Below, piece by piece: positions 18,283 to 26,978 of a stretch of 64,000 nt of DNA. Positions within the stretch are counted from its first letter, which is position 1. Every line of letters starts with the position of its first letter. The stretch comes from an uncultured Clostridia bacterium. Its GTDB lineage: Bacteria; Bacillota; Clostridia; Oscillospirales; SIG627. Under the pieces are notes generated by a model. That model did not search any database. It had not been told where the DNA came from and saw nothing but the letters and a program-made list of their open reading frames with translations. Both the position numbers and the translations under genes were made by a program. Location of the stretch: the NCBI GenBank assembly GCA_946645685.1, contig CAMPCJ010000001.1, forward strand, positions 1,167 to 65,166. Reading direction: 5' to 3'.

Positions 18283-20478
18283 TTATTCTTTTTCCAGGGC
18301 GGGATTCCACACAATGCCCGGCGTGGGAATGCGGGGTTTCTTATAAACCGCGAAATCCGGATCGCCCGCCGCCACCTCCCGGCAGAGGCGCACGCCGTCG
18401 TTTTTCTTTAAGGCGACGATCTGGGCGCCGAAGCTGGTGCGCGTGGCTTTTTCCGGGAAAACGCTGGTGCGGATCACCGCCGCCTTGCCGGCTTTGGTGC
18501 AGATGAGGATCTCCTTGATCTCACCCGGCTCCAGCGCAAACATGGCGGAAACGGGGGAGGCGGTGTTAAAGGCGTTGGCGAGCTTCTTCCGGGCGGATTT
18601 CGTTTCGTAAACACTCAGGGGGAAGACCACGCCTTTCCCGCTTTCAAAAACGATGGCGAGCCGTCCCTTGTACCCGTCGGAAGGGCAGGCGTAAACGACC
18701 TTTTCCTCTTTGTCCATTCCGAGTTTGGCTGGGATGTAATCGCCCATTTCCGAAGCCTTCGTTACGGTAAAATCGCCGAATTTGGCTTTATACACCTGCC
18801 CCCGGTCCGTAAAGAACAGGAACTCTTCCCGGGAACCGCACTCCCGATCGAAAACGACCCGGTCGTTTTCCTTGAGCTTGTGCTCCGCCGCGACCATCAG
18901 GGATTTCAGCGGGATGTTCTTGAAATACCCGTCCCGGGTGATGACCGCCTGCGCCCGGTATTCCGGCTCTTCTTCTATGGGCATTTCGGCGCTTTTCTCG
19001 AATTGATACTCGATCTTGGTCTTTCGCTCCTGCCCGTATTTCTTCTTGATGTCTTCCAGCTGCTTGGCAATGTATTTGTTCATTTTCCGCGGGCTGGCGA
19101 TCAGAGCGTCCAGCTCCCGGATCTCTTTTTCCAGTCTTTCTTTTTCGCTCACCCGATCCAGGATGTATTCCCGATTCAAGTGGCGCAGCCGGATCTCGCA
19201 AATGTAGTTCGCCTGCGTCTCGTCGATGAAAAAGCCGTTCATCAAGTTGGGCACCACGTCTTTTTCACTTTCCGTTTTGCGGATGATGGCGATGGCTTTG
19301 TCGATGTCCACCAGGATCTTTTCCAGACCGTACAGCAAATGGAGTTTATCTTCTTTTTGAGATTTTTCGTGGAAGAATTCCCGCTTCAGGCATTCGCAGC
19401 GGAAGGCGTGCCACTCCGTCAGCATTTCCCGAACGCCCATCTGATGCGGGGAACCGGCGATGAGAACGTTGAAATTGCAGGGAAAACGGCATTCCAGATC
19501 CGTCGTTCGCAAAAGCTTTTTCATCACCTTGTCCGGATCGGAGCCGCGCTTCAAGTCGATCGTCAGCTTCAAGCCGTCCAGGTCGATCTCGTCCCGCACG
19601 TCGTTGATCTCCCGCAGTTTCCCTTCTTTGATCAGCTGAATGATCTTGTCAATGATCTGATCCACCGTGGTGTTATAAGGGATCTCGGTGATCACGATGC
19701 GGTTTTCCTTGGGGATGGTGTGCCAAACGGCGCGGAGGGTAAAGCCGCCCTTGCCCGTTTCATAGATCTGCCGGATCTCCTCCGGGTCGTAGAGCAGGGT
19801 ACCGCCGGTGGAGAAATCCGGCGCTTTCAGGATCTTGTACAGATCCGCTTCTTCATCCTCCATCAGAGCGATGGCGGCGTCGCAGGTCTCGTTGAGGTTG
19901 AAGGAACAGATGGAGCTGGCAAGTCCCACGGCGATGCCCGTGTTGGGACATACCATAACGTTGGGGAAGGAAGTGGGCAAAAGAGTCGGCTCCTTCATGG
20001 TGGCGTCGTAGTTGTCGATCATGTCCACCGCGTCTTTGTCGATACCGCCGAACAGCTCCGCGCAGATGGGCGCCAGCTTTACTTCCGTGTATCGGGACGC
20101 CGCGTACGCCATTTTGGAATACTGCTTGCCGAAGGTGCCCTTGGAGTCCACAAAGGGATGCAGCAGGGCTTCGTTGCCCCGGGTGAGGCGCACCATGGTC
20201 TCATAGATGGCGGCGTCACCGTGGGGATTCAGCCGCATCGTCTGCCCGACCACGTTGGCGCTCTTGGTGCGCGCGCCGGTGAGCAGACCCATTTTATACA
20301 TGGTGTAAAGGAGTTTTCGATGACTGGGCTTCATGCCGTCGATCTCCGGGATAGCGCGGGAGATGATGGAACTCATCGCATAGGGCATGTAGTTTTCCCG
20401 CAGGGTATCGGTGATGAGCTGATCCTGGATGACGGCGGGTTTCGTCGTCTTTTCCTTCGCTGCAGCTTTTCTTGCCAT
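18283..20478 (-). CDS. parC: type IIA topoisomerase subunit A (ParC/GyrA family)
   Basis: RAIPEIDGMKPSHRKLLY, catalytic-Tyr context AASRYTEVKL, HPHGD-like NPHGDAAIYE. At 731 aa it is shorter than a typical GyrA. No B-subunit gene lies next to it. Confidence 0.85.
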   Translation of the reverse strand: MARKAAAKEKTTKPAVIQDQLITDTLRENYMPYAMSSIISRAIPEIDGMKPSHRKLLYTMYKMGLLTGARTKSANVVGQTMRLNPHGDAAIYETMVRLTRGNEALLHPFVDSKGTFGKQYSKMAYAASRYTEVKLAPICAELFGGIDKDAVDMIDNYDATMKEPTLLPTSFPNVMVCPNTGIAVGLASSICSFNLNETCDAAIALMEDEEADLYKILKAPDFSTGGTLLYDPEEIRQIYETGKGGFTLRAVWHTIPKENRIVITEIPYNTTVDQIIDKIIQLIKEGKLREINDVRDEIDLDGLKLTIDLKRGSDPDKVMKKLLRTTDLECRFPCNFNVLIAGSPHQMGVREMLTEWHAFRCECLKREFFHEKSQKEDKLHLLYGLEKILVDIDKAIAIIRKTESEKDVVPNLMNGFFIDETQANYICEIRLRHLNREYILDRVSEKERLEKEIRELDALIASPRKMNKYIAKQLEDIKKKYGQERKTKIEYQFEKSAEMPIEEEPEYRAQAVITRDGYFKNIPLKSLMVAAEHKLKENDRVVFDRECGSREEFLFFTDRGQVYKAKFGDFTVTKASEMGDYIPAKLGMDKEEKVVYACPSDGYKGRLAIVFESGKGVVFPLSVYETKSARKKLANAFNTASPVSAMFALEPGEIKEILICTKAGKAAVIRTSVFPEKATRTSFGAQIVALKKNDGVRLCREVAAGDPDFAVYKKPRIPTPGIVWNPALEKE

Positions 20479-20498
20479 GTTTTGACCTTCCTTGTCTC

Positions 20499-21851
20499 TT
20501 ATTCTTCGCCCGCGTCCGCGCGCTTTTCGGTGCGGTATTTTGCCAGGGCGCCCCGGGTCTTTTCATCGCAGATCACCTCGGCGTAAACGCCGTCGGCGCC
20601 GTACAGGACTTTTTTGACGTTGCAGGTTTTGTAGAGAGGGGAGAGCAGTCCCGCTTCGTTGTGGGGAAACAGGAAAGCGACCTCTTTCTTTTGCTCGGAC
20701 AGGATCTGCTCCACCCGTTCCGTCAGCTCGGCGAGCCCGGCCTTTTGGGAAGCGGAAATGCAGACCGCGTCCCGTCCCTCCGGAAGAGCGTCCCGGTTGA
20801 AGCGGCTCTCCGGCAGATCCGTTTTATTCAGCACATACAAAAACGGGGCGGGCGTCATATCGTTTTTCTCAAACAGGGAATACAGGATGGACTCCGTGAC
20901 CCGGAGCTTTTGCAGGAATTTGGCGTCGGAAGCGTCCAGCACCAAAAGGATGAGATCGCTGTAGACCACCTCGTCCAGGGTGGAACGGAACGCTTCCACC
21001 AGGTGGTGAGGCAAACGGTTGATAAAGCCTACCGTATCCGTCAGAAGCACTTCCCCCGCCTGCGGCAGTTTCCACCGCCGCGTTACGGGATCCAGGGTGG
21101 CAAACAGCTTGTCCTCCGCCAAAACGCTCTCGTCGCATAAAGCGTTGAGAAGGGTGGACTTTCCCGCGTTGGTATAGCCCGCCAGGGAGATCCGGAAAAC
21201 GCCGCTTTTTTCCCGGCTCTTCCGCATCGTTTTTCGTTTCTTGGAAAGCTCCGCAAGCTCCCTTTCCAGAGAATGGATCTTTTCCTTGGCACGGCGCCGG
21301 TCGATCTCCAGCTTGGATTCACCGGGACCCCGGGTGCCGATCCCGCCGCCCAGGCGGGAAAGGTCTTTCCCTTGCCCCGTCAGACGGGGCAGGGTGTATT
21401 TCATATTGGCAATGGCGACCTGCAGAATGCCCTCCGCGGATCTGGCGCGTCCGGCAAAAATATCCAAAATCAGCATGGTACGGTCGATGACCCGCACCCC
21501 GTCCAGAGCGTCTTCGATGTTCCGGATCTGAGAAGGCGTCAGTTCACAATCGAACACCACAAGATCGATGCGAACGCTCCGGCAAACCTGCGCCAGCTCG
21601 GCGAGCTTGCCCCTCCCGATACAGGTGGCGTGATCCGGTGCCTGCCGGCTCTGGATCATCCTGCCGAAAGAGATGCCCCCGGCGGTGTTCAAAAGCTCTT
21701 CCAACTCGTTCAGGGAAGAGACGGGATCCATTTCGTCCCCGTCGTCCATGGCGACGCTGACCAGGATCGCCCGCTCCGGGATCTCCTCTCCGGGCAGACC
21801 GGCGGAAGCCTTTTCGCCGGCGGCGGGCCGGGTATCCAGTTGATCAGTCAA
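20499..21851 (-). CDS. hflX: GTPase HflX
   Basis: G1 GYTNAGKST, G3 DTVGF, G4 NKTD. Start uncertain: TTG 21851 (AAGGA 7 nt upstream) is preferred because the longest-ORF TTG 21884 lies inside the rpmE terminator stem. Confidence 0.88.
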   Translation of the reverse strand: MTDQLDTRPAAGEKASAGLPGEEIPERAILVSVAMDDGDEMDPVSSLNELEELLNTAGGISFGRMIQSRQAPDHATCIGRGKLAELAQVCRSVRIDLVVFDCELTPSQIRNIEDALDGVRVIDRTMLILDIFAGRARSAEGILQVAIANMKYTLPRLTGQGKDLSRLGGGIGTRGPGESKLEIDRRRAKEKIHSLERELAELSKKRKTMRKSREKSGVFRISLAGYTNAGKSTLLNALCDESVLAEDKLFATLDPVTRRWKLPQAGEVLLTDTVGFINRLPHHLVEAFRSTLDEVVYSDLILLVLDASDAKFLQKLRVTESILYSLFEKNDMTPAPFLYVLNKTDLPESRFNRDALPEGRDAVCISASQKAGLAELTERVEQILSEQKKEVAFLFPHNEAGLLSPLYKTCNVKKVLYGADGVYAEVICDEKTRGALAKYRTEKRADAGEE

Positions 21852-21874
21852 ACGGTTTTCCTTTCTTTTTTTAC

Positions 21875-21911
21875 AAAAGAACAAGCGGCTACACCGTGGT
21901 GCCGCCGCTTG
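21875..21911 (-). terminator. probable terminator after rpmE
   Basis: Minus strand: stem aagcggc...gccgctt followed by GTTCTTTTGT. Confidence 0.5.
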
Positions 21912-21932
21912 ACGCCTTTCACTTCGCTTTCG

Positions 21933-22130
21933 TTATCTGCCGAACTTCTTATTGAACTTGTCAACGCGACCGCCGGCATCGACAAACTTCTGCTTGCCGG
22001 TGTAGAACGGGTGGCACTTCGCACAGATATCAACGTGAATATTCTCTTTGGTGGAGCGGGTGGGATACTCCGCGCCACAGGCGCAAACGATCACGGTATC
22101 TTTGTAAGCGGGATGAAGTCCTTCTTTCAT
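21933..22130 (-). CDS. rpmE: 50S ribosomal protein L31 (zinc-ribbon type)
   Basis: [22 protein letters not shown]...[13 protein letters not shown], with CxC...CxxC retained. Start set at the internal ATG 22130. Confidence 0.93.
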   Translation of the reverse strand: MKEGLHPAYKDTVIVCACGAEYPTRSTKENIHVDICAKCHPFYTGKQKFVDAGGRVDKFNKKFGR

Positions 22131-22254
22131 TTCATTCACCTTTTCTCTTGTATATTGCCATTGAAACAGGGCCGGAAAACAGGCCCCTCTCAACGCGATT
22201 GCACTATATGGTAACACAGCGAAAGCGAAAAATCAAGAGGAAAATGATTTTTTT

Positions 22255-23004
22255 TCAATTTTTTTGTTCCGTCCCGCCGGCAAGGGCTTCCAAAACGCCC
22301 CGGGATAAAACGTATCCCAGCTTGTTTTGGTACGTTTCATCCGAGAGAAGAGCCGCCTCGTCCCGGTTGGAAAGAAAGCCGCACTCCACCAAAACAGCCG
22401 TGTTCTCGATCCGATCCAGAACAAAGATGGAACTGCCCGCCGCTTTGACCTCCCGGCGGTTGTCCGGCTGTAGATGCTCTCTGACCAGATTTTGCAGCGT
22501 TTGAGCCAGGACCCGTCCGCCCGTGTTGTCCCGGGCGTAAAACACCTGAAGACCGCTGTACTGCTCCTGGGGCAGGGTATTCATATGGATGCTGACGAAA
22601 AGGGCGTCTGGATTGGCTTGGGCGATCCCGACCCGTCCCATCAGATCTCCCTGCTTTTTGGTAGAACTGTCCGGATAAGTGAGCATCACGTCGTCCGTGC
22701 GCGTGTACAGGACTCGCACGCCCGCTTCTTCCAGGAACGCGCCGAGGGCTTTTGCCACCCGCAGATTGAGATCCTTTTCCGCTGTTCCGGAAGGGGACAG
22801 CGCCCCCGGATCCGCACCCCCGTGCCCGGGATCGATGATCACCTGCGGCGGCAAAGGGATCGCGCTGACCTGCCCGGCAGCGGAACGACTGTCCAGGCGG
22901 GCGAAAGCACCGTGCAAAACAAGGATCAGAGCCGCAAGCGCCGCGATCAAAAGTAAAAACCGCATCAGAAAAGAGAACGTTTCTTTTCCGCTCATTTCCA
23001 TCAC
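22255..23004 (-). CDS. cwlD: N-acetylmuramoyl-L-alanine amidase, CwlD-like (spore cortex)
   Basis: N-terminal TM. Amidase_3 motifs IIDPGHGGADPG, AEKDLNL and SIHMNT. Confidence 0.8.
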   Translation of the reverse strand: MMEMSGKETFSFLMRFLLLIAALAALILVLHGAFARLDSRSAAGQVSAIPLPPQVIIDPGHGGADPGALSPSGTAEKDLNLRVAKALGAFLEEAGVRVLYTRTDDVMLTYPDSSTKKQGDLMGRVGIAQANPDALFVSIHMNTLPQEQYSGLQVFYARDNTGGRVLAQTLQNLVREHLQPDNRREVKAAGSSIFVLDRIENTAVLVECGFLSNRDEAALLSDETYQNKLGYVLSRGVLEALAGGTEQKN

Positions 23005-23050
23005 CCCGGTGCCATCCTACGCGGCGGAACGGGTGATTATGACGGTCGCG

Positions 23051-23632
23051 TCAGTTTTCCCCGCCGCTTTCCCGCTTTGCTTTTTTCTGTTTGCCGTCGC
23101 TTTTAAAGCGATACCAGCCGAAAGCGTAGCCCAGCGTACCGGCGATCCAGCCCGGCAGGAAAGCGGCGGGGAAGAGCAGCGCCCGGGCGTTGATACTCTC
23201 GGATGCCGCTTCTTTTACGGGGCAAAGCCAACTGTATATGCCCTGATACACGCCCTGCTGCAGCAGGTTGTTGAGCAGATACGGCGCGTAGGATGCGCTG
23301 TAACTGCCGTCCGCCCGGCAGGGGGGCTGAACGGCGCCCCAAAGAGACAGGACGATCATGGGGATAAATCCCGCCAGGATGGGGAGCGCGCCGATCCACG
23401 GGCTGCTCTTGATCTTGTGTCCCAGCGCGTATTCGCACTCCTTGGAGCCGGCTTGCATACTTTGGGAAAAGAAAATGTAAAGATAAAAAGCGATCACCAT
23501 CACCTGACCGATGACGATCAGAGCCGTGTTGCTTTGGGTAGCGGTATACATCATGATCCCGAAGAAGCTCATAACCAGCTGATAAAGAAAGGTCTTCAGT
23601 ATCAGAGAGCGGGAGCGTGCCGTCTGCGCCAT
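23051..23632 (-). CDS. hypothetical polytopic membrane protein
   Basis: GGAGGA RBS, 4-5 hydrophobic helices, lysine-rich C-terminus. I recognise no family. Confidence 0.6.
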   Translation of the reverse strand: MAQTARSRSLILKTFLYQLVMSFFGIMMYTATQSNTALIVIGQVMVIAFYLYIFFSQSMQAGSKECEYALGHKIKSSPWIGALPILAGFIPMIVLSLWGAVQPPCRADGSYSASYAPYLLNNLLQQGVYQGIYSWLCPVKEAASESINARALLFPAAFLPGWIAGTLGYAFGWYRFKSDGKQKKAKRESGGEN

Positions 23633-23763
23633 AATGATTCCTCCGAAAAGAACGTTTAATTGGATACCGCTATTGTATACCCGCCGCTGTTCGGGCGCAA
23701 GAGCAAATTGTAAAAAAACGGTTGAAACGCTTTGTTTTTCCGCCGATTATTTCCGAAAAAACA

Positions 23764-23792
23764 TTGACAAGAAAGGCGTCCCATGGTATACT
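23764..23792 (+). promoter_or_regulatory. near-consensus sigma-A promoter of surface-protein paralog 1
   Basis: TTGACA (23764-23769), 17-nt spacer, TGgTATACT (-10 at 23787-23792). Confidence 0.7.
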
Positions 23793-23860
23793 GACTCTGG
23801 ATATTGGGTGCATTGTGCCCATCGCATTTCCGAGTTTTGATCTCATCCAAGGAGCGAAAC

Positions 23861-25375
23861 ATGAAAAAGATCCTTTGCATTCTTTTGACCGTGATCATGG
23901 TCGCGTCTTTGTTTGCGGTGCCCGCGAACGCCAGGGGGTATACCCTTTCCGTTCCCAAAACCGTCAACGCCCACAACCTCAACTCCTACGGCTTGAAGAC
24001 GCTGAACGTGTATGAAACGGCGACGGAGCCTACCATTGACGGCAGGATCGGGGAAGGGGAATATCCCGGACCCAACGGCGGTATGGCGGACAGCGTGTCC
24101 GTCGCCGGCGCTTCCAACGACGGCTATTACAATCACGGGCTGTGGATGTCCAGCCATTCCGCCGGCAACCAGAACGGGTATTCCGGCAACCTGGACTTTA
24201 CCGGCTACACGTCCCCCAACGACGTGCCGCACGCGGTGGAGACCTATTTGACCTATGACAGCTCCTATCTGTACTTTGCCATCGTGTACCGCCACATTCC
24301 CGCGCAGTTCGCGGCGAAGGTGAGCGGCAGGAACGCCAGCCTTGTTTTTGACACCCGCGCCGGTTTTATGCAGAGCAGCAATCCGGTGGAGGCGCACAGC
24401 TCCGTTGCCATGAACCGCTTCAACGTCACCGCTTCCTCCGCTCTGTCCGCTTCCAACAACGCGGGGGATAAGGGAGCGGCTGTGAATACCGCTTATGTGT
24501 ACAACGCGTCTGCTTCCACCAAATTCGGCAGGCAGATCCGGCAGATCCTGAACGGGAAGGATACCACCCACTACATCAGCTATTACGTGGATCCCCAAGG
24601 GACCGCCTGGGGCAGCACCGCCGGGACTTCCGACGCTTATAAGAGGGTGGAGAATACCTGCTATCACATCGACGTGCTGGACGATTCCTTTGTAGATGAA
24701 AAGGGCGTTACCCGCGCCTATTGGGACTTGACCTTTGAAGGCCGTCAGCCTTTGGGCGACATTCTCCGTATCAGCGACGTGGAGTATGAAGACGGCACGC
24801 CCATCGATTATATGCCCGAATGGGGCACCTGGGGCACCTGCCTCCGGTACTACTCCTCCGCCCGGGTGAAGAGCACGGCGCCCAACGGCACGGAAGTGGT
24901 CCTGGCGTACGACGAAGCCATCATGGCGCAAACGATGCTTCCCGCTTCCGGGATGGCTTACACCGGCGTGAACAGCCGCGTGGGCAAATACGAGTTCCAC
25001 AACACGGTACAGTCCGCGTTTGCCTCCGCGTCCGGCACTTCCGTGACGTCCGGCTTCTCTTATCTGGCAAACCCCGTTCACTTTCTCGGCTTTTACGACG
25101 ACGGCGGTTTTGATATGGACGCGTTCTACGGCAGCGGGACCGGCAGCGCCGTTTCCATCGCCACTTCCACCACGCGCGCTACCCGCCGTAAAAATCCCGC
25201 TTTGCAGGAGTTTGACGGTTCCGTTTCCCGCGTGATCGGGGTTGCTTCCCGTGCTTCCACCAACACCGGTGATCACGCCGGTCTCACCATTGCCCTGACG
25301 GTTGTTATGGTCGTCTGTGCCGGCGGCGCTGTGGCGGCGATCCTCCTGGGCAAAAAACGGAAGTCCAACCGGTAA
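23861..25375 (+). CDS. secreted, C-terminally anchored surface protein, paralog 1 of 3
   Basis: AAGGAG RBS and signal peptide MKKILCILLTVIMVASLFAVPANA. Shared opening motif ATEPTIDGRIGEGEYPG. C-terminus ASTNTGDHAG, a 22-aa hydrophobic helix, then KKRKSNR. Confidence 0.85.
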   Translation: MKKILCILLTVIMVASLFAVPANARGYTLSVPKTVNAHNLNSYGLKTLNVYETATEPTIDGRIGEGEYPGPNGGMADSVSVAGASNDGYYNHGLWMSSHSAGNQNGYSGNLDFTGYTSPNDVPHAVETYLTYDSSYLYFAIVYRHIPAQFAAKVSGRNASLVFDTRAGFMQSSNPVEAHSSVAMNRFNVTASSALSASNNAGDKGAAVNTAYVYNASASTKFGRQIRQILNGKDTTHYISYYVDPQGTAWGSTAGTSDAYKRVENTCYHIDVLDDSFVDEKGVTRAYWDLTFEGRQPLGDILRISDVEYEDGTPIDYMPEWGTWGTCLRYYSSARVKSTAPNGTEVVLAYDEAIMAQTMLPASGMAYTGVNSRVGKYEFHNTVQSAFASASGTSVTSGFSYLANPVHFLGFYDDGGFDMDAFYGSGTGSAVSIATSTTRATRRKNPALQEFDGSVSRVIGVASRASTNTGDHAGLTIALTVVMVVCAGGAVAAILLGKKRKSNR

Positions 25376-25395
25376 CACAAGAATAAAAGACAGAG

Positions 25396-25426
25396 AAAAG
25401 CGGTTCGCGCTACGGACCGCTTTTTC
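25396..25426 (+). terminator. rho-independent terminator after paralog 1
   Basis: Stem gcggttc/ggaccgc (one G-U pair), loop gcgctac, then TTTTT. Confidence 0.65.
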
Positions 25427-25452
25427 TGCGGAAAGGGGTCGATATTTGCCGA

Positions 25453-26865
25453 ATGAGAAAGCACGTCGTAACGTCTTTTTTGATCTTCGTTCTTTTGGTG
25501 AGCATGGTCTTTTCCGGTGTACAGGCGCACGCTGCGTCGATCTCTTCCCGGGACCTTTCCGCTTTGGGCGTCTATGCCGTTCAGGCGGGCAGAGCGAAGA
25601 GCGCGCCGTCTGTCGACGGGGTCGTTTCCGCAGGAGAATACCCTTATCTGCGCACCGTCTCCGCCGGGGACGGGTTGCATCTTGCCAACGAAATTACCGG
25701 GGAAGAGCTGACGGATCACGTGAAAGAGCATTTCTCCTTTGATTTCAATAGCACCCGCTTGTCTTACGGCGTAACTTTTGACGATGCGAAAGCATATTGC
25801 TTTATGCGTGTTTTTGCCGTGGACACCGTTTTGACGGAAGCTTATCACGCGGGCTTCGGTAACGCCGTCGCCGCGGTCTTTTCTCTGGGGCTGGCGCAGG
25901 ACGAGGATCTTGTTTTGTATACGTCCGCCTGGGAGAACACCGCCTTTATCCGAAACGGCAGCTGCGTTGCCGTCACCGGTCAGATCGGTCGGGCGGGGTC
26001 GTACTTTGAAAGGTATTATTGCTCCTGGCGCCCGGTGAATACGCCCGGTTTTACCGATGGCGACGGCTTTCTGTGGGACGGGAACGGATACAAACAGTAC
26101 ACCGGCGTCACGCAAAGAGAAAGGGACGGCGGCAGGGAATTGACGGTGGAATGCGCCATTCCGCTCTCGGAGCTTTTGCTTACCGTTCCCGCCGATCAGC
26201 GTGAGGCGGTGGCGAAGGCTCTGAAAGACGGAACGGGACCCGTATACGGTTGCTTTTCCGCCGGGATCATTCTGCCCGGCGGTGGAAACCTTGACACCGC
26301 CATTCTCGGTACGTACCGGGGATCAAGAGATCTGGACGCGGGAGGAAACCTGCCTCCTTTGCTGCCGGCGCCGCTCTATTGGACAAGCACGCCGCCCGCC
26401 GCTTCCGTCACACTGCCGAAGGCTGCCCCGGAAGGAGAGAGCGGCTCGGATCCCGCCCCGCAGCCCGGCGCGGAGAGCGCGCCCGGCGCAACAGAGTCGG
26501 GAGCATCCTTCGGCTTGCTGCCGTTCTCGGATCCGGGCGCAGCAGACGGGGCTGAGGAAACGGACGGTGACGGCGCTTTGGACGACGGAGATTTGGAAGG
26601 ACTCGTGCCGTCGGACGAGGGCTCGGAACAGGTGAAATACGGAGAGACAAAATCTGAGTTATCTCCCTGGCTCGGCTTGATATCCAGCATTTTTCTTACC
26701 GTGGGCACAATTTTTGTTTTTCTTACCATCCGCGCTATGGACAAGCGGGATCAACATATCCGGGAAGCGGAAGAAAAGAAAGTGGCTGATCGAAGAAGCA
26801 AACGAAAGGAGCAAGAGGGTCTGCAGCGGGACAGAAGCAGATCCCGCCCCCGCAGAAGACGGTAA
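25453..26865 (+). CDS. secreted, C-terminally anchored surface protein, paralog 2 of 3
   Basis: Signal peptide MRKHVVTSFLIFVLLVSMVFSGVQAHA and shared motif AKSAPSVDGVVSAGEYPY. A Pro/Glu/Asp/Gly-rich linker, a TM (WLGLISSIFLTVGTIFVFLTI), then a long basic tail ending RSRSRPRRRR. Confidence 0.8.
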   Translation: MRKHVVTSFLIFVLLVSMVFSGVQAHAASISSRDLSALGVYAVQAGRAKSAPSVDGVVSAGEYPYLRTVSAGDGLHLANEITGEELTDHVKEHFSFDFNSTRLSYGVTFDDAKAYCFMRVFAVDTVLTEAYHAGFGNAVAAVFSLGLAQDEDLVLYTSAWENTAFIRNGSCVAVTGQIGRAGSYFERYYCSWRPVNTPGFTDGDGFLWDGNGYKQYTGVTQRERDGGRELTVECAIPLSELLLTVPADQREAVAKALKDGTGPVYGCFSAGIILPGGGNLDTAILGTYRGSRDLDAGGNLPPLLPAPLYWTSTPPAASVTLPKAAPEGESGSDPAPQPGAESAPGATESGASFGLLPFSDPGAADGAEETDGDGALDDGDLEGLVPSDEGSEQVKYGETKSELSPWLGLISSIFLTVGTIFVFLTIRAMDKRDQHIREAEEKKVADRRSKRKEQEGLQRDRSRSRPRRRR

Positions 26866-26904
26866 AAATCGACTTGGTTTCTTGCTTTTTCCACACATTT
26901 TTTC

Positions 26905-26933
26905 TTGACATACCATAGATGAAATGGTATAAT
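26905..26933 (+). promoter_or_regulatory. consensus sigma-A promoter of surface-protein paralog 3
   Basis: TTGACA (26905-26910), 17-nt spacer, TGgTATAAT (-10 at 26928-26933). Confidence 0.75.
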
Positions 26934-26978
26934 TCTTTAAGAACTATGGGAAGTTTTGTCCTATAAGGAGTTTGCATT

